The notes under the pieces were generated by a model. That model had not been told where the DNA came from and did no database searches. It saw nothing but the letters and a program-made list of their open reading frames with translations. A stretch of DNA of 56,200 nt, from positions 1 to 56,200 of the forward strand of contig JBGSST010000241.1 in the NCBI GenBank assembly GCA_041736915.1. Reading direction: 5' to 3'. Position numbers and translations under genes: made by a program. Below, in pieces: positions 37,848-47,394 of this stretch. Source of the stretch: Bdellovibrionota bacterium. Lineage in GTDB: Bacteria > Bdellovibrionota > FAC87 > UBA2466. Every line of letters starts with the position of its first letter. Position 1 is the first letter of the stretch.

Positions 37848-38270
37848 TTAGAAAGGAATTCTCACGCTCACACCCGGAGTAGGGTTGACCTGGGCGGATA
37901 TTTTGGAGAACGGAAGCACCGCAACACCTAGGCGCAGGGCCAAGTGTTCGAAGAGGATCAGCTGTCCGCCCGCCTCGAACAAAACGGCATGCTTATTTTT
38001 GAGGGCGCCGTCGATGCCGTATAGATGGGACACCGAAAGATAGGCGTAGTCAGTTGGCCAGAACGAAAGCCCGGTTCGCCAAAATTTCGACGTTTCGCCG
38101 GGCGCGAAGTTGGTTAGGTAGTAACCCGTATGGCTCGATAAATACTTTATCCGCCATTCCACCCCGATGGAGGGGTTGCGAAAACCGTTGAGGTAAAGCT
38201 CGTTCGAACGCGCTTGGGAACCGCCAAAAACCAACAAAATCACTACTAGAATCTTATGATTAGTCTTCAT
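37848..38270 (-). CDS. Small outer-membrane beta-barrel-like protein
   Basis: Signal peptide, beta strands (NGFRNPSIGVE), terminal Phe. Confidence 0.6.
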   Translation of the reverse strand: MKTNHKILVVILLVFGGSQARSNELYLNGFRNPSIGVEWRIKYLSSHTGYYLTNFAPGETSKFWRTGLSFWPTDYAYLSVSHLYGIDGALKNKHAVLFEAGGQLILFEHLALRLGVAVLPFSKISAQVNPTPGVSVRIPF

Positions 38271-38305
38271 GTATAGTAAGATAACCCTTTGAAAAAAATG
38301 ACTAA

Positions 38306-39295
38306 ATGGTTGAACCGGCAAAAATCGTGTCCCAACGCGCAGAAACGGTAACCGTTCGTCTCGTCCGCTCTCTTCTCCAGTTCACTTCGGCCACTTACGG
38401 GGTCGATGTTCCCGGGCCGAGTTTGGACGACCCGGATACCCGAGTGACTAGCTCGGTTTACGAGTCACTCATCGGGCAGTGCGCAACCAGCAGTGGCGAC
38501 CGCTTTTTTGGTTTGCACCTGGGCGAAGCTTTTCAAGTGAGCAGCTTGGGGGCGCTTGGCTTTCTCTTACTGAATAGTCGGGACCTGCATCACGCCCTGG
38601 AGCGCTACCAGACTTTTCAGAAGAATGTGGGCGATGGAATCGATTTTCAGCTACGTAACCTCTCTGGCCAAACCAGCATTCAGCTTAAGACCGGCGCCCA
38701 CTCTTCGGAGCAACGGCACCGGATCGAATCGTTTGCGAGTGCCGTATTGCAGGCCTGCCGCGGTTTGGTGGGATCGGAATTCACCTTCGCGCGCGTTTCG
38801 TTTGCGCACGGAGTTGAGCCTGGCTCGGCGTACCGTAAGTCTCTGGGTGTTCAACCTGAAGAGGGCAAGCAGAACCGACTTTTCTTCGACAGTAAGTGGC
38901 TTAAGTCGTCGATACGCGGGGCGGATGTCGAGCTGGCCGGGTTGGTCGAAGGCGAGCTGCGTCGCCGTAGCCGCGCGACAGAGTCGATGGCCTCCAAGGT
39001 CCGGGGAGTGCTGGCGGCCAAAAAAACCGACCGCTGGCCGTCGTCGCAAGAGGTAGCCGCTACCGTTGGGTTTTCCGTTAGATCGCTACAGGCCAAACTC
39101 GCCGAAGAAGGAAAAAGTTTTCGTAAGGTGCAGGACGAGCTGTTGCTCGATCTGGCGTTACATTTTCTCAAAGCCGGAGACAGTCTGGCTGAGATCTCTT
39201 TTGCGCTTCACTTCAACGAGCCCGCGGCCTTTTCACGCGCATTCAAACGCTGGACGGGGCTATCGCCGGGTCAGTTTCGTCGCAGCAAATTGTAA
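38306..39295 (+). CDS. AraC-family transcriptional regulator (OruR type)
   Basis: FGLHLG...LGALGF N-domain; RSLQAKL and AFSRAFKRWTGLSPGQFR HTH motifs. Confidence 0.92.
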   Translation: MVEPAKIVSQRAETVTVRLVRSLLQFTSATYGVDVPGPSLDDPDTRVTSSVYESLIGQCATSSGDRFFGLHLGEAFQVSSLGALGFLLLNSRDLHHALERYQTFQKNVGDGIDFQLRNLSGQTSIQLKTGAHSSEQRHRIESFASAVLQACRGLVGSEFTFARVSFAHGVEPGSAYRKSLGVQPEEGKQNRLFFDSKWLKSSIRGADVELAGLVEGELRRRSRATESMASKVRGVLAAKKTDRWPSSQEVAATVGFSVRSLQAKLAEEGKSFRKVQDELLLDLALHFLKAGDSLAEISFALHFNEPAAFSRAFKRWTGLSPGQFRRSKL

Positions 39296-39423
39296 AGTTC
39301 CCCGTTTGAAAAAGTATCCCGTAGCACCTGCGCCTCAACGGCCTTCGATGCCATCCTCGTTATTGCGTCATCCTGCTGTTCCTTTAATCCGCGAGCCGAT
39401 CCGGAATCGGCGAACGACGGCAT

Positions 39424-39510
39424 GCGAGCTACCAAGCTGATCGAGGAAGGCTAGCTCTTCTAACTCGAGCTGCTGGCGGAGAGGCCAGTGACCGTCGCGC
39501 TTCGTGGCCG
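39424..39510 (-). pseudogene. Remnant duplicate of gene 43897..44277
   Basis: Minus strand reads AATKRDGHWPLRQQLELEELAFLDQLGSS; the intact gene reads AATKRDGNWPLRQQLESEGLTFVDQLGSS. Confidence 0.8.
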
Positions 39511-39514
39511 CGAC

Positions 39515-39534
39515 CCCCGCAGGTACCTGCGGGG
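39515..39534. repeat. Perfect 20-bp palindrome made of REP ends
   Basis: CCCCGCAGGTACCTGCGGGG. Confidence 0.8.
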
Positions 39535-39567
39535 CAGGATGAACGTGGGCTGGACTACCCGAGTCGG

Positions 39568-40695
39568 CTAAACCCGGTCGCCGGAAGCGCTCTCTTGGCG
39601 CGATACCTTAGGGACACCACCTCCGCGCCAGCCGTGGGCGTAATACGCCATGGTTCCTTCGAGAGTCTGTCTCAGATCGATTTTGGGCGACCAGCCGAGA
39701 AGGGTGCGGGCTTTCGTGATGTTGGGAATTCTGCGATCGGAGTCGTCGTATCCGGCGCCATAAAACTCTTCGCCCGAGCACTCGACCACTTTCGGTAGCG
39801 AAACGCCGGCCCTTCTAAAGCGCTCGTTAAAGATATCGGTCATGAGGTAAGCGAGGCCCCGTATCGAAATTTCATTTTGGGGAGTACCGATATTGAAAAT
39901 CTGTCGATCGCAGACGCCGGCTTCATTGGCTACGATCCGGGCGATACAATCGACGGCATCGTCGATGTGAGTATAGCAGCGCTGCTGGTGCCCTCCGTTG
40001 ACCAGTTTCATTTCCGTCCCGTTCAGCAATGCATCCATGAACAAAGAGAAGACGCGAGGTATTCCCGCAGACTCACTGGGGAGAAAGTCGATTCGCGGGC
40101 CGATAAAGTTAAACGGACGAATTATCGTGTAGTTGAAGTCATGCTTTAGTCCGTAAGCGTGAAGCATGCGTTCGAGGAGTTGCTTGGAGCAGGCATATAT
40201 CCAACGATGCTTTTGAACGGGACCCATGATGAGTTCGCTATGATCTTCGGAGAACGTTGCGTACTTAGGGTCGGTGGGGTCGGGAAGATCACCGGGAACG
40301 ATGCTAGCGACGGTGCGTCCATACACCTCGCAGGTTGAAAACTGGATAAGCCGTTTACTCTGTCGCAGGCACGAGTCGGCAATCTTGAGGTTTTCGACGA
40401 AATTAAGCTGAAAAACTTCCGTGGGTATCTTTACGTACAGCGAGGGGTTGGCGTACGCGATGAGGTCTATCACCAGATCCGACGCGCCAATGCTACCGTC
40501 GAGCTTTTGGCCTAACTCCCGAATATCGGCGCCGATGAAGACAAAGTTTTTCTCGTGCAGACAGTGGTCGAGCTTTTCGTCAGACAGGTCGACCACCGTT
40601 ACTTCGTGCTCATCGTCGAGCAAGCGCCGGGTTAGATGGGAACCTATGAAACCGCCGCCGCCTAAACAAAGAATGCGCATCTTCTGACTCAGCAT
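39568..40695 (-). CDS. UDP-glucuronate decarboxylase-family SDR, UDP-apiose/UDP-xylose synthase-like
   Basis: GGGGFIG, FSTCEVYG, RWIYACSKQ, RPFNFIGPRIDFLP and FYGAGYDDSDRRIP motifs. Confidence 0.8.
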   Translation of the reverse strand: MLSQKMRILCLGGGGFIGSHLTRRLLDDEHEVTVVDLSDEKLDHCLHEKNFVFIGADIRELGQKLDGSIGASDLVIDLIAYANPSLYVKIPTEVFQLNFVENLKIADSCLRQSKRLIQFSTCEVYGRTVASIVPGDLPDPTDPKYATFSEDHSELIMGPVQKHRWIYACSKQLLERMLHAYGLKHDFNYTIIRPFNFIGPRIDFLPSESAGIPRVFSLFMDALLNGTEMKLVNGGHQQRCYTHIDDAVDCIARIVANEAGVCDRQIFNIGTPQNEISIRGLAYLMTDIFNERFRRAGVSLPKVVECSGEEFYGAGYDDSDRRIPNITKARTLLGWSPKIDLRQTLEGTMAYYAHGWRGGGVPKVSRQESASGDRV

Positions 40696-41582
40696 TTCCA
40701 GATTCCCTCCCGCACACCTACCGGACGATAACCAAGGTCTTCCCGCGCCGCGGAGATGTCGTAGTCGGCATTCTCCTCAATGCGTGAAATGGCATAACTG
40801 GTAAGCGGCGGGGTGTTCATTAAAGATTCCATACCGAACGCGATGAGGCGGCAAAGGGGGATCGGAATGGGTACAAAACTCTTTTTGTGATTCTCTTTGT
40901 CCAAAGCGAGCTTGGCGAAATCCCACATGCGGATTCTTTCGCCTCCGCAAAAATCGTACGTCTTCCCGTAAGCTTTGGGATTATTGGCCACCGCGATTAG
41001 CCCGCGAACGATGTCTTCAGCGTACACGGGATTCTTCCAGCTTTTGCCCCGTCCGACGAAAGGGACAATGGGAAAGCGCTTTAGGTAGTCGACAAACATC
41101 CGGTATTCCTGACCTCCCGCAGCATCGTAGATTAATGTGGGGCGAATGATGGTGTGCCGAAGCTGGGTCGCGGCTCGCACAACCTCCTCTCCCCGTAACT
41201 TGGATGCGGCATAGGCCGATCCCTCCGGATGATAAGCCGCCGCGGAGGAGACGAGCACAAAATGGCCCACGCCGGCCTGGCTGGCCCCATTCACCATGTT
41301 ACGCACACCACCGACGTTTACGCGTTCGAAAACCTCAGCGTCTTGCGCAATGATCACGGCGGCCAAATGATAAACCGTGTGAACTCCGTCGAATAATCCG
41401 GCGAGCGACGCGGGCCGGGTGACATCACCGTAACGAACTTCGCAGCGGTCCCCTAAGTCTTTTAGCTTAGCCACGCCGGGATCGCCGGGCAGAGTCAAAA
41501 CACGAACCTGGTTTCCGGTGGCGATCAAACCTCGACAAAGACGGGAGCCCAATGACCCTGTACCGCCCGACACAAGAATCAT
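40689..41582 (-). CDS. NAD-dependent epimerase/dehydratase (extended SDR)
   Basis: SGGTGSLG, HLAA and YAASK motifs. Confidence 0.85.
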   Translation of the reverse strand: MILVSGGTGSLGSRLCRGLIATGNQVRVLTLPGDPGVAKLKDLGDRCEVRYGDVTRPASLAGLFDGVHTVYHLAAVIIAQDAEVFERVNVGGVRNMVNGASQAGVGHFVLVSSAAAYHPEGSAYAASKLRGEEVVRAATQLRHTIIRPTLIYDAAGGQEYRMFVDYLKRFPIVPFVGRGKSWKNPVYAEDIVRGLIAVANNPKAYGKTYDFCGGERIRMWDFAKLALDKENHKKSFVPIPIPLCRLIAFGMESLMNTPPLTSYAISRIEENADYDISAAREDLGYRPVGVREGIWKC

Positions 41583-41658
41583 CCGTTATCCTTTGTATAG
41601 AATCCCGCTATAGTTTCGATCGAGCAGGCAAAGGAAAGTCTCGATACATTCGAAAAGA

Positions 41659-42429
41659 ATGTCAATTTGCGGGCCGATGGGCGAGCCGGGAGGCGAAGTG
41701 GAGAAAAAGAAGATCTGGATCGTGATACCCGCATACCAAGCCGAGAAGACTCTTGCCGCGGTGTTTTCACGTATCCCGCAGTCCCTGGGGTCAAAGTCGG
41801 TTACGGTTTTAGTCGTCAACGATGGCTCCACGGATGATACGCGCCAGGTCATCGAACAAATACGCCCGGGCTTCTTTCTGCCGGTGGAAGCCATCCATAA
41901 AGAAGCAAATGCGGGTTACGGCGCCGCCTTGAAAACCGGACTGAAGTGGGCCCTAGAGCGGGGGGCCGATATTACCGCGGTGGTTCACGCCGACGGCCAG
42001 TATGCGCCCGAATTGCTCCCCCAACTTCTGGCTCCCCTGGAGAACGGCGAAGCCGATCTCGTTATCGGATCACGGATGCATGGTCTTACGGCCCTTCGGG
42101 GCGGGATGCCCCTCTACAAATTCGTCGCAAACCGGGTGCTGACTTTTATCGAGAACACCGTTTTTGGCCTGAATGTATCCGAGTATCATTCCGGATATCT
42201 CGCGCACAGCGCCCGCTTTTTGGGGTCCTTCGATTTTGGGAGATTGAGTAACACATTTCATTTTGATGGTGAGCTCATCATGATGAGCGGAATCAAAAAA
42301 GCCAGGCTCAAGGATATTCCGATCCCTACCCATTACGGAGACGAGGTCTCCCACCTAAACCCCATCACTTACGGTTTCGATGTGCTCAGCACGGTTTCGC
42401 GCTACCTGATGGGCCGGTATCATTTTTGA
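41659..42429 (+). CDS. GT2 polyprenol-phosphate glycosyltransferase (DPM1/ArnC-like)
   Basis: IPAYQAE, NDGSTD, GYGAA, HADGQY, GSR and EYHSGY motifs. Confidence 0.88.
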   Translation: MSICGPMGEPGGEVEKKKIWIVIPAYQAEKTLAAVFSRIPQSLGSKSVTVLVVNDGSTDDTRQVIEQIRPGFFLPVEAIHKEANAGYGAALKTGLKWALERGADITAVVHADGQYAPELLPQLLAPLENGEADLVIGSRMHGLTALRGGMPLYKFVANRVLTFIENTVFGLNVSEYHSGYLAHSARFLGSFDFGRLSNTFHFDGELIMMSGIKKARLKDIPIPTHYGDEVSHLNPITYGFDVLSTVSRYLMGRYHF

Positions 42430-43815
42430 CCGCGCCCGAATAAGCGAAAACGCGGTAAGAAAAAAACAGGGCGGCAGCACCCACACGATGCGGCTGCCGA
42501 ACCGATCGAGAGGGCCGCTGAGCGCCCCGGTGACGGCGGCATTCACGATGACGGCGCCTAGGCACAAGGCAAACAGACGGCGAGCGGAGGCATCGATCCG
42601 CTCCCGAAAGTAGATGTGCAGGACCAGCGACAGAGCCAGGGTTAGCAAAACGACGATTTGGGAAATTCGGTCGAATTGCGCTACCGGCAAATTTCCTTTC
42701 GCCTGTTGTGAGGTGCGAAACCGGTTTCGTACGTCATTCTTAAGCGCGTATCCGGGTCGTTTACTGGGGCGATCCTTGAGGGGGCGATTTCCCACGAAGC
42801 CAATTCCCACTTCAAAAAGCTGGTCGTAGAAATGCTTCAGTGATGCCCGTAGTTGCATGAGGGGGGCTCGACCAATCGACTTCAGCAGAAAGGGGAACTG
42901 GATCTGGGCAAACTGCCTTCGCTCTTCGAGCGTCGATACCTTGACGACCCCGTGCCGGCCCCACAAGAGCTCACCCTTTTCACGGAAACCTGGTCCGCCG
43001 ATCCGGCCCGCGTAGCGACAAACGGGGTGATGGCGGGTGGAAGCTCCGGTAGCGCACATGGCGTCTAGTTGCAGTTTGCCGGGGCCATCGTAGATCGTGC
43101 GGGCCATCAAAATGGGCAGAGTGTGAGGGGAGTTAAAACGGATTTGGCCATACAGGCCAAAATTGATGAGCACGGTGAGCAAAACCGAAGCGGCCACGCC
43201 GGCTAAGTTTCTCGAAGCGGCGGCGGCTGCCGTTACCTCCGCCGCAGGAAGTAGCCACAGCCCCGCCCCCAGTAGCGCCGATAGGAAAACCGCAATCAGT
43301 AGGTGAGTGGGATGTGCCGAGATCGCCACGACGTAAAGCACGCCGTAAGTTATACGTATCCACCGGCTACGATCCGCCCAATCAAACGCGATAAGAAACG
43401 CTAATAGGGGGACCAGCGCGGTGAAGATGTCCGGCTGAAGCATGCATGCAAACCACGGCAGTGATGTAGCCAGAATAAGCCCGGCCGCCACGAACAGGTA
43501 AGGGCGCAGATAGTGGTGGGCAAGGGTCTTTCGGCAAACCGCGTGAAGTACGAAGGCGGTGGCAAAACAGTGCGCGAAGACTAAGCCCCAGATCGAGAAC
43601 GGCGCGCTTGTGAGATAGACCAGCAAAGCGTAGGTTTGCGAACGGCCACCGTAGGTGCCGGAGTGAATCCCGTGAACGAGCTTGTTGAACGCGGAAATTC
43701 CGGGACCTACGTAGGACAAAGAGTCGTAAAAATAAAGTGGCCCGCCATTGTACCCGGCTAGGATCATCAACGCGCCCGCTACCAGCAGTATCGATCCGAA
43801 ATGTCGCAAGCCCAC
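42355..43815 (-). CDS. Polytopic membrane protein, GT-C-like
   Basis: N-terminal YFYDSLSY acidic loop, QPDIFT, many TM segments, a large loop, and a late DRFGSR motif. Confidence 0.55.
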   Translation of the reverse strand: MGLRHFGSILLVAGALMILAGYNGGPLYFYDSLSYVGPGISAFNKLVHGIHSGTYGGRSQTYALLVYLTSAPFSIWGLVFAHCFATAFVLHAVCRKTLAHHYLRPYLFVAAGLILATSLPWFACMLQPDIFTALVPLLAFLIAFDWADRSRWIRITYGVLYVVAISAHPTHLLIAVFLSALLGAGLWLLPAAEVTAAAAASRNLAGVAASVLLTVLINFGLYGQIRFNSPHTLPILMARTIYDGPGKLQLDAMCATGASTRHHPVCRYAGRIGGPGFREKGELLWGRHGVVKVSTLEERRQFAQIQFPFLLKSIGRAPLMQLRASLKHFYDQLFEVGIGFVGNRPLKDRPSKRPGYALKNDVRNRFRTSQQAKGNLPVAQFDRISQIVVLLTLALSLVLHIYFRERIDASARRLFALCLGAVIVNAAVTGALSGPLDRFGSRIVWVLPPCFFLTAFSLIRARSKMIPAHQVARNRAEHIETVSDGV

Positions 43816-43896
43816 CCTCGACGCAGTAGGCCACCGGTTCCGTGGGGCCGAACCTCTATTTTAGCAGAGCGCGGCCGCTCTCCTTCTTTCTGGTGA

Positions 43897-44277
43897 TCAC
43901 GGCTGTGCCAGCTCGCCCACCATCATCGATCGGGTAAACATGCGTACCGTGTAGCGTACGGAACGACCTTCCACGTCTTTGAAGTGCAACGAGCTTCCGA
44001 GTTGATCCACAAAGGTCAGCCCTTCTGATTCGAGCTGCTGGCGCAGAGGCCAGTTTCCGTCGCGCTTCGTGGCCGCCAGCAGGAGACGAGGAAGCCCGTC
44101 GGGTGTTCTTTCCAAAACCCGCGCCGTCGGCCCAAACTGAATTCGGGCCGCGGCCACGGCCATTTGCCACGGACGCCCTTCCTGCTTAGCCCCCAGCAGC
44201 GCATACCGGCCAAACCAAACGATAGGAATCATCAGCAAAACGGCGAGGCCCGCATACACCCTGGGGATTTTATTCAT
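43897..44277 (-). CDS. Hypothetical membrane-anchored protein
   Basis: 126-aa ORF with an N-terminal TM segment; partial duplicate at about 39.4 kb. Confidence 0.6.
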   Translation of the reverse strand: MNKIPRVYAGLAVLLMIPIVWFGRYALLGAKQEGRPWQMAVAAARIQFGPTARVLERTPDGLPRLLLAATKRDGNWPLRQQLESEGLTFVDQLGSSLHFKDVEGRSVRYTVRMFTRSMMVGELAQP

Positions 44278-44370
44278 GGAGGAACTGACGATACCACCGC
44301 ACAGACCGTGACGGCACGTCGGAGCAACCTGCTCAGTAACCTCGATCTACGACCTCAGGTAAAAACTTGT

Positions 44371-45057
44371 TTATCTAGAAACGATCCCAAACCGGTTAGC
44401 CAATCCAGTCAAATCGATCTTCGCCGTGTTCTGCGGCGACAGTTCGGGAGCCGGGATATTTCCGAAAAACTTCGGCGATTCACCGTAGGTTTGTTGCTGA
44501 TATCTCCAGAAGAACTGGGGCTCTCCTACCGGATTCGCATCCTGATCAAACGTAATTTCTACAACCGGTAAAAACGTTTCCGGAATAAAAACGTCGCGAG
44601 CTTTTTGCTGGGCAGGTATTTCCACCGAGGTATTCCCTAGCAGATACGTGATAGTCGTCGTGTCGCCCGTCGGCTCTTTCTTGGTAGAAATCCGTTTTAT
44701 GGACCCCTTGTTGAACTGATTCGATACTTTTGCTTTCGTAAGGGGCTTAAGCGCGGCGGTAAGCTCTTTTACACGACCCTTAATGTTTTCGATGTTTACG
44801 GTCTTCTCCGCGACTTTATTGAAATCCTCGGGCGTTTTTGGTTTCGCCGAAGGAACCTTTAACTTGCGATCGGAAACGCCCAATTCAGTTTGAAGCTCGT
44901 TCAGATACTCAATGAGAGCTTCGGGGTTCTTCGGTAGTCGCTTAGCAACGATTCTACCGGGAAGGGGCCCCCACGTTGTAAAATCCTGAATCCTAGTGGT
45001 ATGCGCTTGAGGGCCGTGACCCGAGAGAGGTGTTTGGCGCAGGAAAAACCTGTGTTT
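44371..45057 (-). pseudogene. Hypothetical ORF, probably 5'-truncated
   Basis: The frame of 44371..44883 stays open upstream to about 45057 with no ATG or GTG; it lies next to the REPIN. Confidence 0.4.
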
Positions 45058-45116
45058 CTATATTCTTAGCGATGCCTACGGGCGGCGTGTCCATCCGCTT
45101 TTTGGCCGGAGTGGAG

Positions 45117-45239
45117 CCGCAGGTACCCGCTTCCTTTTGAACAGCCAGCTGAACCGGTTCTGTTGCCCAGGAATTAGGTCAACGCTTGAAAAAGCACTAG
45201 TTCCTGGTGAGGCTTCCAAAAGGAAGCGGGTACCTGCGG
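45117..45239. repeat. REPIN/MITE-like element (inverted pair of the REP-like repeat)
   Basis: 23-bp perfect terminal inverted repeats at 45117-45139 and 45217-45239; inner imperfect IR CCAGGAATTAG/CTAGTTCCTGG. Confidence 0.85.
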
Positions 45240-45295
45240 GCACATGGTTACGGGTCCGTGTTGAACTGATTTCGATCAAACCAATTGGGGGTTTT

Positions 45296-45763
45296 ATGAA
45301 GCGGCTATTGACTGTGTTTTTTCTTGCGCTGTGTACCAGCGCATTCGCGATCTCGGAATGCTACGTGGAGGCTCCGAATGGCAAAGTTGAGTTTACGGTA
45401 GACGAGGCCGGTTTGGTTCGTGATCTTTTCGTTCCGCCGAACTACAACTCCAACCAAGTGGGCTCGTACCAGTTCGCGACGAAGAAAGTTCGTAAGCAGT
45501 TTTATGTGGAGTATAGCGGCGAGTATTTCCCCCTAAAGGGGCACCGAGATTTCGGCCACGTCACTAGTGACCTAAAAATGAAGACGCTCTCGGGCCGGGT
45601 CGTGGGGATGGTGGACATCGCCACGAAGAAGGTCATTCACCTGATGGCTAATGGCCAGTCGCGCGTATTGGGAAGTGTTGCCGAAGGCCCCGGTTGTTCC
45701 TTCAGCGACCCGTTCAATGCGCAAAAAGTAACTGCCGCCGCGTTCCTCGTTTACTTTCGCTGA
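45296..45763 (+). CDS. Secreted hypothetical protein
   Basis: MKRLLTVFFLALCTSAFA signal peptide. Confidence 0.7.
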   Translation: MKRLLTVFFLALCTSAFAISECYVEAPNGKVEFTVDEAGLVRDLFVPPNYNSNQVGSYQFATKKVRKQFYVEYSGEYFPLKGHRDFGHVTSDLKMKTLSGRVVGMVDIATKKVIHLMANGQSRVLGSVAEGPGCSFSDPFNAQKVTAAAFLVYFR

Positions 45764-45815
45764 ATCAACGGCGTGTGGTGGGCCACGGTGGCGCGGCCAA
45801 CCTCACGCGGAGTCT

Positions 45816-46262
45816 CTAACGCCTGATGCAGGCCACGCGGCCTTCCAGCGTGCTGTACGATTCCTTGCAGATCTTTACGTCGCGCAGGCTGTAGGCGTGA
45901 CGGACACACGCGGCCCGGCCATCGACGTACTTCGAAAAGTCCCGGCACGCGTGGATGATATCCAGCGGGCGATCGGACTCGAAGCAGGCGACTCGTCCTT
46001 TCAGGTCGCTGGAGAAATCAGTGCAGGCATGAATCTGGGCGAGCGAAAGGCGGGCCGAGATGCAGGCGATCCGCCCCTCCGCGTATTTGCTGCCGGCGCG
46101 ACAGGCGCGTACATGGTCTACCGATGAGGCGCGTCGCATGCAGGCCTCGCGCACGTACGCGTAATCCGAGAACGAGCGGCAGGCATCCACGATGGGATCG
46201 GCGCTGGCCACTCCTCCCACCACGATCGACAGAACGAACAAACCAAAGAACGAATTTTTCAT
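45816..46262 (-). CDS. Secreted Cys-repeat protein (five ~26-aa repeats)
   Basis: Signal peptide; repeated AC..FS.Y..GR.AC units. Confidence 0.75.
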   Translation of the reverse strand: MKNSFFGLFVLSIVVGGVASADPIVDACRSFSDYAYVREACMRRASSVDHVRACRAGSKYAEGRIACISARLSLAQIHACTDFSSDLKGRVACFESDRPLDIIHACRDFSKYVDGRAACVRHAYSLRDVKICKESYSTLEGRVACIRR

Positions 46263-46620
46263 GAGTCTCTCCCTTTGACTCATTCCTAACTCGTTGCGAA
46301 ACAAAGCGAAAACTCGAGCCGTTGCCAGCCCAAATAGATCTGGCGCAGTCCGTGCCTAGCGGCGCTCCGCCAATGCTCGGTTAGAGAAAATTGATTACTT
46401 AAAAGAAGAATGGCGGAGAGAGAGAGGCTCTCTCTCGCTTCGCTAAGCGGTCGTAAGATATACGGAGAGTAGTAACACCAATAACTTGCCGGGCCGCGGC
46501 TTCCATCCAGATCCACGGGCTTCCTCAAGAAGCTGCTCTAACTGCTTGCAAGTGCTTGCAGCAGAAGGCGCCCGTGCGATCTTTGGCTCGTGAATTAAGC
46601 GATGATACTCTCTGGCCGTC

Positions 46621-47394
46621 ATGACGAAACGAAAGGCGGCTCGATCCAAGAAGATACCCCGACCAAAGTCCCGTAAGAAGGGGCGTCCGCTTTTTGGTCC
46701 TCTGCACCCCTGGCGGCTATGCCCGATTGGCGAACACCGAGTGCGTGCCCACGAGCGCCAGGGCACGAAGGGAGTAAGCACTCACTGCCGTAAGAATCCT
46801 TCCCATCGCGATCAGATCTACGATCATGAGATGCACCGCATTGCCGAGGATTTTTTTTCGACGCTTACGGGACCTCCTTCCTCAGATAACCTTGGGTTTA
46901 AGACGTATGAGAACGAGTTTGACCCATTTATCCGGGGCTGGACGAAATACTGGAATGAGATCTTGCAGCCCAAAGATCCACTCGACCCAAACCTAATCAA
47001 AGCCCTCATTGCAACTGAGTCGAGCTTTAATCCGAATGCGGATACCAAGATAAAGGGTTCAGGACGGGCCCGGGGTTTGATGCAGGTTACGGAAGGTACG
47101 CGCAAGATCCTTACGGATGAGGAAGGGGAGCTGGGTGAGCATCTGCTCACTCTGTCGGATAACGATGCCTACGATCCGAACTTAAACATTGCCGCCGGTG
47201 TTCGTTGGTTGTTTCACAAACGAAAATTAACTTCGGTAAAGCTCAAGCGCGAGGCCACGTGGATGGAAGCCGCATTCGAGTACAAAAGCGTCCTGCGGAA
47301 ACCGAGAAACGCACGTGAGAAGACTCAATTTCCAATAATTAAGGCGAATTTAGAAAATTACTATAAGCAGTTAAAGGATAGCGAAGCGCAATGA
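46621..47394 (+). CDS. SLT-domain lytic transglycosylase
   Basis: LIKALIATESSFNPNA, ARGLMQV and DPNLNIAAGVRWL motifs. Confidence 0.88.
   Translation: MTKRKAARSKKIPRPKSRKKGRPLFGPLHPWRLCPIGEHRVRAHERQGTKGVSTHCRKNPSHRDQIYDHEMHRIAEDFFSTLTGPPSSDNLGFKTYENEFDPFIRGWTKYWNEILQPKDPLDPNLIKALIATESSFNPNADTKIKGSGRARGLMQVTEGTRKILTDEEGELGEHLLTLSDNDAYDPNLNIAAGVRWLFHKRKLTSVKLKREATWMEAAFEYKSVLRKPRNAREKTQFPIIKANLENYYKQLKDSEAQ

Noticed and set aside
45137-45295. N-terminal extension of ORF 45137..45763
   Set aside because: It reads through the REPIN; the signal peptide begins at ATG 45296.
46427-46620. Integrase remnant beside the att-like repeat
   Set aside because: No tyrosine or serine recombinase motifs are recognisable in the listed ORFs.
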